64,000 nt of DNA from Syntrophales bacterium (GTDB lineage: Bacteria > Desulfobacterota > Syntrophia > Syntrophales > PHBD01), in NCBI GenBank assembly GCA_963668175.1, contig OY764159.1, positions 1,088,001 through 1,152,000 of the forward strand. Direction: 5' to 3'. The translations under genes were made by a program, and so were the position numbers. Shown here in pieces: positions 9,826 through 19,592 of this stretch (its first letter is position 1; every line of letters begins with the position of its first letter). The notes below the pieces were generated by a model. The model saw nothing but the letters and a program-made list of their open reading frames with translations. It ran no database searches and was not told the DNA's origin.

Positions 9826-12609
9826 TTATTTGATACTGGCCAGGCAACTGTCGCAGATCTTGGGATGGGACGCATCCGTACCCAGCGTCTCTTTGTAGAT
9901 CCAGCAGCGGTTGCATTTCTCGCCCTTGGCCTTGACCACGGCGACGGTCAGCCCTTCCATCTCGGCGCTGGCGAAACCTTCCCCGTCGCTCTTGTCGGCA
10001 ATCTGAAGCTGGGAGACGATCAGGAGCGCCCGCAGGTCATCCAGGCGGGAGGACAAGAGCGGACGCAGCTTCTCCGGCAGCACGACCGTAACGGCGGCGT
10101 CCAAGGAATGGCCGACGACCTTGTTCTTGCGCGCCGCTTCAATCGCCTTGGAGATTTCGCCGCGAAGGGCGATCATCGTTTTCCACGTCTCCCCGAGTTC
10201 CGGATTCAGGAAGGCGGCATTCACCTCGGGAAACTGGGTCAAGTGGATGCTTTCGGCCTTTCCTGTGCCGCCAGGAAGCGACTGCCAGATTTCTTCGGCG
10301 GTGAAGGTCAGCATGGGGGCCAGGAGCCGCGCCATGGCGTCCAGGATCGCATACATGGCCGTTTGGGCCGAGCGGCGCTCTGTGGACGCCTTCTTCGACG
10401 TGTAAAGCCTGTCTTTCAGGACGTCGAGGTACAGGGCGGAGAGGTCGACGGTACAGTAATTGTAGAGCGTGTAGTACACGACGTGGAACTGGTAGTTCTC
10501 GTAGGCCTCACGGACCCGGCGGACGATTTCCTGGAGGCGGTGCATGGCCCACCGGTCGAATTCCGTCATCTTGTCGTATGGCACGGTATCCTTGGCGGGG
10601 TCGAAGTCGTAGAGGTTTCCCAGGATGTAACGGCTCGTGTTGCGGATGCGTCGGTAGGCCTCGACGAGACGTTTCAGGATTTCTCCCGAGATGCGGATGT
10701 CGTCCGTGTAGTCTTCGGCGGCCACCCAGAGGCGCAGGATTTCCGCGCCGTACTGGTCGATGATCTCCTGCGAGTCGATGACATTGCCGACCGATTTGGA
10801 CATCTTCTTCCCCTCGCCGTCGACGACGAAGCCGTGTGTCAGGACGCTCTTGTAAGGAGCACGCTGGCGCGTTCCCACCGATTCCAGCAGGGACGAATGG
10901 AACCAGCCGCGATGTTGGTCGCTGCCCTCCAGGTACATATCGGAGGGTGAGCGGAGGTAGTCGCGGGTCTCGAGGACGGCCGCATGGCTGACGCCGGAGT
11001 CGAACCAGACGTCGAGAATATTCGTTTCCTTTTTGAACTTCGTTCCCTTGCAGGACGGGCAGGAGATACCCGCGGGCATCAGGTCCTTGGCCTCCCGCTC
11101 GAACCAGACGTCGGCGCCGTGTTCGTGCACCAGGGCCACGATATAGTCCGCCATCTCCTTCGTCAGGATTTCGGTCCGGCACTCGGCGCAGTAGAAGATC
11201 GTGATGGGGACGCCCCAGAGACGCTGGCGGGAAATGCACCAGTCGGGTCGGTTTTCCACCATGCCGTAGATGCGGTCCTTGCCCCAGGAGGGGATCCACT
11301 TGACGCTGTCGATGCTCTTCAAGGCCAGTTTCCGGAGATCGTTCTTCTCCATGGAGATGAACCACTGCTCGGTGGACCTGAAGACGATCGGCTGTTTGCA
11401 TCGCCAGCAGTGGGGGTACGTGTGGTCGATATCCACCATGCCCAGCAGGGCCCCGACTTCCTTGAGCTTGTTGCTGACCGGGATGTTGGCGTCGAAGACG
11501 AACTGGCCCGCGAAATCGGGGACATCGCGGGTGAACTTGCCCTCGTCGTCGACGGGGGCGTAATTGTCGAGGCCGTATTCCATTCCGATCTCGTAGTCCT
11601 CCTGGCCGTGACCCGGGGCGATATGCACGCATCCCGTACCGGCGTCAAGGGTGACGAAGGGGGCGAGAATGAGGAGGCTTTCCTTGTCGTAGAGGGGGTG
11701 CTTGCACTTCAGCCCTTCCATGACGGATCCGGGGAATTCGTCGATCAGCTCGTAATCCTTGATTCCGAAGGCTTCCAGGCAGTAATCGATCAGCTCCTTG
11801 GCGAGAATCAGGACGTCGTCTCCGACCTGGATGGCCGCATAGACGAAATCCTTGTGAAACGCGATGGCGAGGTTCGCCGGGATGGTCCAGGGTGTCGTCG
11901 TCCATATGACGACACTGACCTTCTTGCCGGCAAGTTTCGGCCTTATGGCGCTGATATCGGAAATCAGTCGAAATTTAACGTAGATGGAGGGCGTCGTGTG
12001 GTCCTTGTATTCGACCTCGGCCTCGGCGAGGGCGGTCTTGCAGGTCGCGCACCAGTAGACGGGTTTCTTGCCCTTGTAGACGCTGCCGTTAAGGAAAAGC
12101 TTGCAGAATTCGGCCACGGTGACGGCCTCGTAGTCGTACGACATCGTCAGGTAGGGATTGTCCCATTCGCCGAAGACGCCGAGACGCTTGAACTGCTCCC
12201 GCTGAATGCCGACGTACTTCTCCGCGTACGTCCGGCAGAACCGCCTCTTGTCCGCCTGGGACATATCGTGCCGCTTCTCGCCCAATTCCTTGTCCACCTG
12301 ATGTTCGATCGGGAGGCCGTGGCAGTCCCACCCCGGGACATAGATGCTGTCAAAACCCGCCATATTCCTCGACTTAATCACCATATCCTTGATGATCTTG
12401 TTCAGGGCGGTCCCGAGATGGATGTTTCCGTTGGCATAGGGGGGGCCGTCATGAAGAATGTGGACTTCCCGCCCTTGCGACGCTTCGCGGATCCTCTCGT
12501 ATATCTTCATCTTCTCCCAGAAGGCGAGCATCTCCGGCTCTTTCTGGGCCAGATTGGCCTTCATGGGGAAATCCGTCTTGGGCAGATTCAGGGTTTCTTT
12601 ATAGTCCAT
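9826..12609 (-). CDS. ileS: Isoleucyl-tRNA synthetase (type 1)
   Basis: [32 protein letters not shown]-terminal CxxC...CxxC. Confidence 0.98.
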   Translation of the reverse strand: MDYKETLNLPKTDFPMKANLAQKEPEMLAFWEKMKIYERIREASQGREVHILHDGPPYANGNIHLGTALNKIIKDMVIKSRNMAGFDSIYVPGWDCHGLPIEHQVDKELGEKRHDMSQADKRRFCRTYAEKYVGIQREQFKRLGVFGEWDNPYLTMSYDYEAVTVAEFCKLFLNGSVYKGKKPVYWCATCKTALAEAEVEYKDHTTPSIYVKFRLISDISAIRPKLAGKKVSVVIWTTTPWTIPANLAIAFHKDFVYAAIQVGDDVLILAKELIDYCLEAFGIKDYELIDEFPGSVMEGLKCKHPLYDKESLLILAPFVTLDAGTGCVHIAPGHGQEDYEIGMEYGLDNYAPVDDEGKFTRDVPDFAGQFVFDANIPVSNKLKEVGALLGMVDIDHTYPHCWRCKQPIVFRSTEQWFISMEKNDLRKLALKSIDSVKWIPSWGKDRIYGMVENRPDWCISRQRLWGVPITIFYCAECRTEILTKEMADYIVALVHEHGADVWFEREAKDLMPAGISCPSCKGTKFKKETNILDVWFDSGVSHAAVLETRDYLRSPSDMYLEGSDQHRGWFHSSLLESVGTRQRAPYKSVLTHGFVVDGEGKKMSKSVGNVIDSQEIIDQYGAEILRLWVAAEDYTDDIRISGEILKRLVEAYRRIRNTSRYILGNLYDFDPAKDTVPYDKMTEFDRWAMHRLQEIVRRVREAYENYQFHVVYYTLYNYCTVDLSALYLDVLKDRLYTSKKASTERRSAQTAMYAILDAMARLLAPMLTFTAEEIWQSLPGGTGKAESIHLTQFPEVNAAFLNPELGETWKTMIALRGEISKAIEAARKNKVVGHSLDAAVTVVLPEKLRPLLSSRLDDLRALLIVSQLQIADKSDGEGFASAEMEGLTVAVVKAKGEKCNRCWIYKETLGTDASHPKICDSCLASIK

Positions 12610-12774
12610 GGGGTGCTCCTGTAAAAATTCATTTCAGTTTAAGCGTGCTGACTAACACAGAACCTGACGATTTTCAAGGCCGATAACCGGATTCAAAAAC
12701 CGCCTTCCTCGCCCGTTTGCGAGGGCGGGAAGACGGCCGGGATTTCCGCCTGTTCCTGTGTGGATAGATGACAA

Positions 12775-13707
12775 TCAGGTCGACGGGAGCGATTTCCGAT
12801 AGCGGTCGTCCAGCATGGCGTTGATCTCTTCCATGATGACCCGCGTGGCGCCTTCGAACTGTTCCCGGTATTTAATCTGCGATGAACGCGAGAGGAGCTT
12901 GAACGGCTCGTCGATGCGGAACGGCTTCAGTTTGTCATCCAGGGACAGCGGTTCGCCGACGCGGTAGGTGATCCAGCCGCTCTTGGCCACGGGACTGCTC
13001 CCCGGGTAGACCTTGTCCGAGTTGTTGCAGGCGACGGGAACGACCTTCTTCCCCGTATACAGGGCGAGCTGCGCAATGCCCGTCCTGCCCTCGCCGAGTT
13101 GCGAACCCCGCGTCCCTTCGGGGAATATGATGACGCTCAGTTTCTTTTCGCAAAGGGCCCCCTGGCTGATTTCCGCGACACGGGCCATGGTCTTCTCATA
13201 GTAATCCCGGATGAACGCGACGAAGGAATCTCCCATAAGGGCCGCGGTCTCCGCCAGTTTCTTGGCCTGTTCCTTCAGGTCCTCCTGCCTGCCGTCTACG
13301 GCGTCCTTGACCCGGCGGTACAGTTCCCAGTCCATGGTCCGGTTGTATTGCTTACGGTAGAATTCCTGGATCAGGTATCCCATGGACGGCACAGGGATGA
13401 GGTTGCACAGGTCCAATCCCCTGGCGAGAACGGGATTGCGGTAGTACTTGCCCTTCACCCAGACGGTCGTTTCCGGGATATTCATCCTCCACAGCTTGTA
13501 TTGGAACGGCCAGTAGTTGAAACGGTCCGTATGGTTCATCGCGTAGATAACGTTTTCGTCCCTGGGAATCCGGTCGTGGTTTTCGATCTTGATATCGACG
13601 TGGGCGAAGAGGTTGTAGTTGGGTCCCAGAAAAAAGGTCCCGATAAATTTCTGCACCACCGAATAGGATACGAGCTTTATTCTTTTCAAATACTCCAGAT
13701 CGACCAT
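12775..13707 (-). CDS. Lysophospholipid acyltransferase (PlsC-like)
   Basis: NH-x motif (MNHTDRFN) and IFPEGTR. Confidence 0.8.
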   Translation of the reverse strand: MVDLEYLKRIKLVSYSVVQKFIGTFFLGPNYNLFAHVDIKIENHDRIPRDENVIYAMNHTDRFNYWPFQYKLWRMNIPETTVWVKGKYYRNPVLARGLDLCNLIPVPSMGYLIQEFYRKQYNRTMDWELYRRVKDAVDGRQEDLKEQAKKLAETAALMGDSFVAFIRDYYEKTMARVAEISQGALCEKKLSVIIFPEGTRGSQLGEGRTGIAQLALYTGKKVVPVACNNSDKVYPGSSPVAKSGWITYRVGEPLSLDDKLKPFRIDEPFKLLSRSSQIKYREQFEGATRVIMEEINAMLDDRYRKSLPST

Positions 13708-13737
13708 GAGGCCCCCTTTCTCTGCTTCAATCGATCA

Positions 13738-14478
13738 TTAATCTCTGCCGGTTAAAATGCGCCGGACCCGTTCCAGTTCGGCCGGCGTGTCGACTTCCAC
13801 GGAGTCGTAAGGCGTTACGACGACCTTGATCCGGAAGCCGTGCTCCAGAGCCCGAAGCTGCTCCAGGGCCTCCCGGCGCTCCAATTCGCCTTCGGGAAGC
13901 CGCGTGAAGACATCCAGGAACGACTTGCGATAGGCGTATATCCCGTGATGCTTGTAATAGTCCGTCGCGATACCGGCGTCGCGGACAAAGGGAATCGTCG
14001 CCCGGGAGAAGTAGAGGGCGAAACGGTCCTGGTCGAAGACGACCTTCACGGCATTGGGGTGGGTAATCTCTTCGTCGCGGACGATCCGGTAGATGAGGGT
14101 GGACATGGGGATATCGGGATCTTCCTGCAGGGGCTTCACGACCTCGTCGATCTGGGACGGTTCGAAGAGGGGCTGGTCGCCCTGGATATTGACGACGATA
14201 TCCGCCGGATCCAGGCCGAGCCCCGCGACGGCTTCCGCGATGCGGTCCGTGCCGGACCGGTGCCTTTCTCCCGTCATGACCGCCCGGCCTCCGAAGGTGC
14301 AGACGGCGTTGTATATCCGTTCGTCGTCGGTGGCGACGGCGGCGTAGGTGATGCTACGGGATGTCATGACCCGCTCGTAGACATGCTGGATCATCGGTTT
14401 GCCGTTAAGATCGGCCAGCGGTTTCCCCTCGAAACGGGATGACTGGTAGCGGGAGGGGATGATACAGACAACCTTCAT
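13738..14478 (-). CDS. kdsB: CMP-Kdo synthetase (3-deoxy-manno-octulosonate cytidylyltransferase)
   Basis: IPSRYQSSRFEGKPL, SGTDR, NIQGDQP, YFSR, LEQLRALE. True start is ATG 14478, in an ATGA overlap with thpR. Confidence 0.95.
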   Translation of the reverse strand: MKVVCIIPSRYQSSRFEGKPLADLNGKPMIQHVYERVMTSRSITYAAVATDDERIYNAVCTFGGRAVMTGERHRSGTDRIAEAVAGLGLDPADIVVNIQGDQPLFEPSQIDEVVKPLQEDPDIPMSTLIYRIVRDEEITHPNAVKVVFDQDRFALYFSRATIPFVRDAGIATDYYKHHGIYAYRKSFLDVFTRLPEGELERREALEQLRALEHGFRIKVVVTPYDSVEVDTPAELERVRRILTGRD

Positions 14479-15065
14479 GGCTTCTTCTCCTGGAATGGAA
14501 ATTGGGACAGTTCCGTATAGATGGCCCCTTTGGGCGTCAGGGTGCTCTGGAAGAGGGTCAGGGACCTTCCAACAAAAGAGCCGGCGCGATAGTCTTTTTG
14601 CCCGTCCATGAACGCGGAGACGCCCGTAAGCCCCCGGGGCGATCTGATCCGCGCGAGCGTCAGATGGGGCCGGAAGGTCCGCTCCTCCCGGGGAAAGCCG
14701 CAGCCGGCCAGGGCGTTTTCCACGGCCGCCTGGAACGCGACCAGGCCCTTCACGTCGCCGCCCGTCCCCAGCCACAAAATGCGCGGGCGCTTGGCATCGG
14801 GGAAGAATCCCGCCGTCCCGATGTCCAGCGACAGCGGCGCATAGGCGGCGGCGACGGGACCGACGGCATCGGCGACGGCATCCAGGCCGTCCCGGGGAAC
14901 ATCGCCGAGGAATTTCAACGTCAGGTGAATTCCGGCGGGATTGACCCATCGAATGTCTCCGGCCAGGAGCTTCCGCATCCGGTTCTGGATGGCGGCGATT
15001 TCGTTCAGCACGGCCTCTGGAGGATCGAGGGCGAGAAAAGCCCGCACGGTTCCTGCTTCAGTCAT
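14475..15065 (-). CDS. thpR: RNA 2',3'-cyclic phosphodiesterase
   Basis: Two HLTL 2H motifs. Confidence 0.93.
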   Translation of the reverse strand: MTEAGTVRAFLALDPPEAVLNEIAAIQNRMRKLLAGDIRWVNPAGIHLTLKFLGDVPRDGLDAVADAVGPVAAAYAPLSLDIGTAGFFPDAKRPRILWLGTGGDVKGLVAFQAAVENALAGCGFPREERTFRPHLTLARIRSPRGLTGVSAFMDGQKDYRAGSFVGRSLTLFQSTLTPKGAIYTELSQFPFQEKKP

Positions 15066-16314
15066 GGTCAGGGCCTCCGGTCAGGCGGTCTTTCAGTATG
15101 ATCAGGGCCGCCTCTGATGAGATGACCTTGATCCGCCGCCTGTCCCACCGCCAGGCGAAATGACGGCAGATCGTTCCAGCCCGGTCGGCAAGGGCGATAT
15201 AGACGGTTCCTACCGGCTTCTGCTCCGACCCCCCGGCAGGGCCGGCAATACCCGTCACGGAAAGTCCGAGATCGGTCCCCGCGAGTCTTCTCACGCCTTC
15301 GGCCATGAGCTTTGCCGTCTGCTCGCTGACGGCGCCGAATTCCGCGATGACGGCCTCCGGCACGCCGAGGAGGTCTATTTTCGCCTCGTTGCTGTACGTG
15401 ACCACGCCGCGTTCCAGAAAGGCGGAACTGCCCGGAATGTCCGTCAGGCGGTCGGCGATCAATCCGCCTGTGCACGATTCGGCTGTGGCCAGGGTGAGTT
15501 TTTTCTCCGTCAGAAGCGCGGCGACCACGCCTTCCGCCGTTTCGTCGTCGCAGGCGAAGATATAGCGCCGAAGTCTTGCCTCGACCAGTTCCACGGCTCT
15601 TCGGATGTGCTCCTGTGCTTGTGCCCTTTCCTTATGTCTCGCGATGAGGACAATATGGTTTTCCGGGAAATTCGGATAGAAACCTATCTCGACGCCGAGG
15701 GATTTGAAATCGGCGTCGGCCAGGGCCTCGTCCACGGCGGCTTCCCCCAGGCCGAAGAGTTTGATCGTGCGGCGTTCCGAATGCTTCACGGCCCCAGGAA
15801 AGGCTTCCCTGAGCAGGGGGACGACCTCCTCGGGGATCATTCTTCTGATCTCGAAAGGGACGCCGGGGATCACGGCAATGACCTTGCCGTCGATGTTCAG
15901 GGAAAATCCGAAGGCGGTGCCGACGGGATTTCTGATGGGCCGCGCGCCCTCGGGGAAAACGGCCTGCTTGGCGTTGTTCTCCGTCCACTTCAATCGGTAC
16001 CGGGTGAAAATGCCCTTGACATGGGCCAGGACCTCTTCATCCGTATAGAGCTTCCGCCCGAATGCCCTGGCGACGGCGGCGGTAGTAATGTCGTCGGCCG
16101 TGGGACCCAGGCCGCCGGTGACGAGGACGGCGTCGGCAAGGCCCATGAGGTGGTCAAGGGCCAGTTTGATCGCATTCTCGCTGTCGCCTACGGACATCAT
16201 GGCTCTGACCGGCCATCCGCAGGCTCCCATCTCGCGGGCGATGTAGGACGAATTCGTGTCCTGCGTGCGGCCGCTGGTCAGTTCGTTACCGACGGTCAGT
16301 ATGGCAACCTGCAT
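15058..16314 (-). CDS. cinA: CinA-like protein (MoCF domain plus PncC nicotinamide-nucleotide amidase)
   Basis: GNEL, DTN, GGLGPTxDDxT, AESCTGG, TGIAGP; AGGAG RBS before ATG 16314. Confidence 0.94.
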   Translation of the reverse strand: MQVAILTVGNELTSGRTQDTNSSYIAREMGACGWPVRAMMSVGDSENAIKLALDHLMGLADAVLVTGGLGPTADDITTAAVARAFGRKLYTDEEVLAHVKGIFTRYRLKWTENNAKQAVFPEGARPIRNPVGTAFGFSLNIDGKVIAVIPGVPFEIRRMIPEEVVPLLREAFPGAVKHSERRTIKLFGLGEAAVDEALADADFKSLGVEIGFYPNFPENHIVLIARHKERAQAQEHIRRAVELVEARLRRYIFACDDETAEGVVAALLTEKKLTLATAESCTGGLIADRLTDIPGSSAFLERGVVTYSNEAKIDLLGVPEAVIAEFGAVSEQTAKLMAEGVRRLAGTDLGLSVTGIAGPAGGSEQKPVGTVYIALADRAGTICRHFAWRWDRRRIKVISSEAALIILKDRLTGGPDHD

Positions 16315-16332
16315 GAAAAATCTCCTTGGCAA

Positions 16333-16791
16333 TTATAGGGCCCAGATCGCGATGGCCATCCGGACCACAATGTTGCCGTAAATGCCGGCCATGACATCGT
16401 CGGCGACGATTCCCCACCCGCCCGGAAGGCGGTCCTGAAAGACATTCACGGGGAAAGGCTTCACGATGTCGAAGAAGCGGAAAAAAAGAAACCCGAGCCC
16501 GATATGCGCCCACGTAGGGGAGATAAAAAGCAAAGCCCACTGAAAGCCCACGATTTCGTCGATGACGATCCGCGGAGAATCTTTGACTCCGAACAAGTCT
16601 TCCGCTTTCCCGGCGTAATAGACGGCCAGAAAGGTAAAGGCGACAACCGACAGGAGCTGGAGCGGCCATGTCATCCCAGAGAAGACAAGGAAACAGGGAA
16701 TGCCGACCAGGGTTCCGACGGTGCCGGAGGCGAACGGCGAATACCCCGTGCCGAGGCCCGTTGCCAGCAATTTGACGACTTTATCAGTCAG
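16333..16791 (-). CDS. pgpA: Phosphatidylglycerophosphatase A
   Basis: SGTVGT, IVIDEIVG, FRFFDIVKP, GIVADD. Start is probably CTG 16791; the ORF track gives TTG 16770. Confidence 0.93.
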   Translation of the reverse strand: MTDKVVKLLATGLGTGYSPFASGTVGTLVGIPCFLVFSGMTWPLQLLSVVAFTFLAVYYAGKAEDLFGVKDSPRIVIDEIVGFQWALLFISPTWAHIGLGFLFFRFFDIVKPFPVNVFQDRLPGGWGIVADDVMAGIYGNIVVRMAIAIWAL

Positions 16792-16884
16792 GAATCACCT
16801 CTCGAGAAACGCTGCCATCATTATACCTCGTTTGCGGCCCAATACCTATCCGCTTTTACCCTTCATGTCAATGGTTTTCACTGG

Positions 16885-17457
16885 TTATACGACAGCGGGG
16901 TTTCCTGCGGCAGACGTGTCGCCGGCAGCTCCGCTGTCAGACAGAAGGATCTTCCAGCCGTCGTCTTCCCGGAACAGATGAAAAGTCGATTCCGCGGTCA
17001 GAAGCGGCATACCGCCCCCTCCATACTTTTTGAGCATGGCGGTCGTGGTCCGGCAGACGATAATGAAGGAATCAAACGGATCATCGGGAAAGTCGGAACC
17101 GGTCATCTCCGCAAGGCTCTCGGCCATCATCCGTTTGAAATCGGGGTAGGTCGTTACGACGGTGACGGTTGCACGGTCGCCGTTGACGGATTCGTCCCGG
17201 ACGGCGTAATCGAATTTTCCCGCGATCATATTGGCGATCAAGCCGTGACCGAGGGAACGCCTTGCCTGGTATTCGGACAGCGACTCCCGGGCCCTGGCTG
17301 TCCTTGACAGCAATTGATAGGCATCGGCCGTCCTGCCGCCGAGGGTGGCCTGCAGATAATTGCCGACGACCTGGGCGGCCGTCAGCCTCCGGCCTTGCCG
17401 GACGGCAAGAAAGAGAAACAGGAAAAGTCCCGTCGCCAATACCAAAACGGTTATCAA
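16885..17457 (-). CDS. Membrane-anchored hypothetical protein with NTF2-like features
   Basis: N-terminal TM, AYQLLS, 'GDRATVTV' and 'EDDGWKI' patterns. Confidence 0.6.
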   Translation of the reverse strand: MITVLVLATGLFLFLFLAVRQGRRLTAAQVVGNYLQATLGGRTADAYQLLSRTARARESLSEYQARRSLGHGLIANMIAGKFDYAVRDESVNGDRATVTVVTTYPDFKRMMAESLAEMTGSDFPDDPFDSFIIVCRTTTAMLKKYGGGGMPLLTAESTFHLFREDDGWKILLSDSGAAGDTSAAGNPAVV

Positions 17458-17762
17458 GATTCCCGTTTCCTCCCTTGTTCTTTTTCATTGTGTAACGGCC
17501 GGGTTATATGGGAGATGGTCCGCCGTGTCAAGGGCGCAGGAAGATGTCGGCCCGACCCGCCGCGGGAAACACGCTTCGTCTCTTTTCAATGCCTTGCTTC
17601 GAAGGTCTCGCGCCTGTGCACAAATTGATGACGGAAGACGGGGATCACGGTCACATTCCTTGACACATCCCCACAAGACAGGGTAACTTTATGGCCGGAG
17701 AACGTCTGTCCTGTTTCGACAGGGCGGATGGCTCCGACACCCCCGTCAGCAAAGGAGACAGA

Positions 17763-19568
17763 ATGGTCACCGACGTATCGCCGGCGAGATCGGCCGCCGT
17801 CAACAGGAAACTTGCGGATTGGATTGCCGGGTGCGTCGGCCTTTGCCAGCCGGAACGCATCGTCTGGTGCGATGGGTCGAAGGCGGAATACGCCCGGCTC
17901 ATGGGCCTTATGACCTCTTCTGGTATGGCTGTGCCCTTGAAGAAACGCCCCGGCAGCTTTCTCTTCCGGTCGGACCCCGGCGACGTGGCGCGCCTGGAAG
18001 ACCGCACGTATATCTCCTGCCCTGACCAAGACGAGGCCGGACCGACCAATATCTGGATGGATCCTGCCGAGCTTAAGGAGAAGATGGCGGCCCTGTACCT
18101 GGGCAGCATGAAGGGACGGACCATGTATGTCATCCCGTTTTCCATGGGACCGGTGGGATCGACGCTGGCCAGGACGGGCGTCGAGATCACCGACAGCCCC
18201 TATGTCGTCTGCAACATGCACATCATGACCCGCGTCGGAGATTCGGTCCTCGACGCCCTGGGCTCCGAAGGCGATTTCGTCCCCTGCCTCCATTCCGTGG
18301 GTTCGCCCCTTAGGCCCGGGCAGAAGGATTCCTTCTGGCCGTGTGCCCCCATCGAACAGAAGTACATCAGCCACTTTCCCGATGAAAACCTGATCTGGTC
18401 CTACGGGTCGGGGTACGGCGGCAACGCCCTTTTGGGGAAAAAATGCATGTCGCTCCGGATCGCTTCGGTTATCGCCCGCCGGGAGGGCTGGATGGCGGAG
18501 CATATGCTGATCATGCGCCTGACCGACCCCGACGGCCGCCGCTATCACATCGCCGGGGCCTTTCCGTCGGCATGCGGCAAAACCAATCTGGCCATGATGG
18601 TGCCCACCATCCCCGGCTGGAAGGCCGAGTGCCTGGGCGACGACATCGCCTGGATGGAGGTCCGTCCCGACGGCCGCTTGTACGCCATCAACCCCGAAAC
18701 GGGCTTTTTCGGCGTGGCGCCGGGGACGTCGGCGGCGTCAAACCCCATGGCCGTGGAGATGGTGCGTGAGAATGCGATTTTCACCAACTGCGCTCTGACC
18801 GACGACGGCGATGTCTGGTGGGAGGGGCTGTCCGCGCCGCCCGCACATGCCGTTGACTGGAAGGGGCGAGACTGGACGCCGGCAGCAAACGATCCCGCCG
18901 CCCATCCCAACGCGCGTTTCACGGTTTCCGCCTCCCAGTGTCCGGTCATGTCCCCCGATTGGGATGACCCCGCCGGCGTTCCCATCGACATCTTCATCTT
19001 CGGGGGCCGCCGGTCTTCCCTGGTGCCGCTGGTCTGCGAGGCCCTGAACTGGGACCACGGCGTTTATATGGGGGCGTCCGCCGCCTCCGAAACCACGGCC
19101 GCCGTCATCGGTGCGGTCGGCAGCCTGAGGCGGGACCCTTTCGCCATGCTGCCTTTTTGCGGTTACAATATGGCCGACCATTTCGCCCACTGGTTCAGGA
19201 TGGGCGACAGGCTCGGGTCGAAAGCGCCGCGGATCTTTTACGCCAACTGGTTTCGCAAAGATGACGCCGGCCGGTTTATCTGGCCGGGTTTTGGAGAAAA
19301 CGCCCGGGTGCTCAAATGGATGTGCGACCGGGTGGCGGGTCGCGCCGAAGGCATTGTGACACCGATCGGCATCCTGCCCCGGGAAGACGAGCTTTCGACG
19401 GCCGGTCTGGATATCCGCGCCGCCGACCTGAAGGAACTCCTCCTCGTCGACCGGAAAGCCTGGTCCGCCGAAACGTCCGATGCGGAAGCGTTCTTCTCCC
19501 GTTTCGGCAATCGCCTGCCGGCCAGGCTGAAAGGCCAACTCGCAGGGCTCAAGGAACGCCTCCGCTGA
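17763..19568 (+). CDS. pckG: Phosphoenolpyruvate carboxykinase (GTP)
   Basis: WCDGS, DVARLEDRT, GSGYGGN, FPSACGKTN, RDPFAMLPFCGY. Confidence 0.97.
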   Translation: MVTDVSPARSAAVNRKLADWIAGCVGLCQPERIVWCDGSKAEYARLMGLMTSSGMAVPLKKRPGSFLFRSDPGDVARLEDRTYISCPDQDEAGPTNIWMDPAELKEKMAALYLGSMKGRTMYVIPFSMGPVGSTLARTGVEITDSPYVVCNMHIMTRVGDSVLDALGSEGDFVPCLHSVGSPLRPGQKDSFWPCAPIEQKYISHFPDENLIWSYGSGYGGNALLGKKCMSLRIASVIARREGWMAEHMLIMRLTDPDGRRYHIAGAFPSACGKTNLAMMVPTIPGWKAECLGDDIAWMEVRPDGRLYAINPETGFFGVAPGTSAASNPMAVEMVRENAIFTNCALTDDGDVWWEGLSAPPAHAVDWKGRDWTPAANDPAAHPNARFTVSASQCPVMSPDWDDPAGVPIDIFIFGGRRSSLVPLVCEALNWDHGVYMGASAASETTAAVIGAVGSLRRDPFAMLPFCGYNMADHFAHWFRMGDRLGSKAPRIFYANWFRKDDAGRFIWPGFGENARVLKWMCDRVAGRAEGIVTPIGILPREDELSTAGLDIRAADLKELLLVDRKAWSAETSDAEAFFSRFGNRLPARLKGQLAGLKERLR

Positions 19569-19592
19569 ACGGCGACGGGCCGACGACCTTGC

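Noticed and set aside
13738..14949. 403-aa version of kdsB, and similarly extended starts for the PPIase (40594), mutM (60417) and amidase (43655)
   Set aside because: The extensions overlap other genes or promoters; internal ATGs match the family N-termini.
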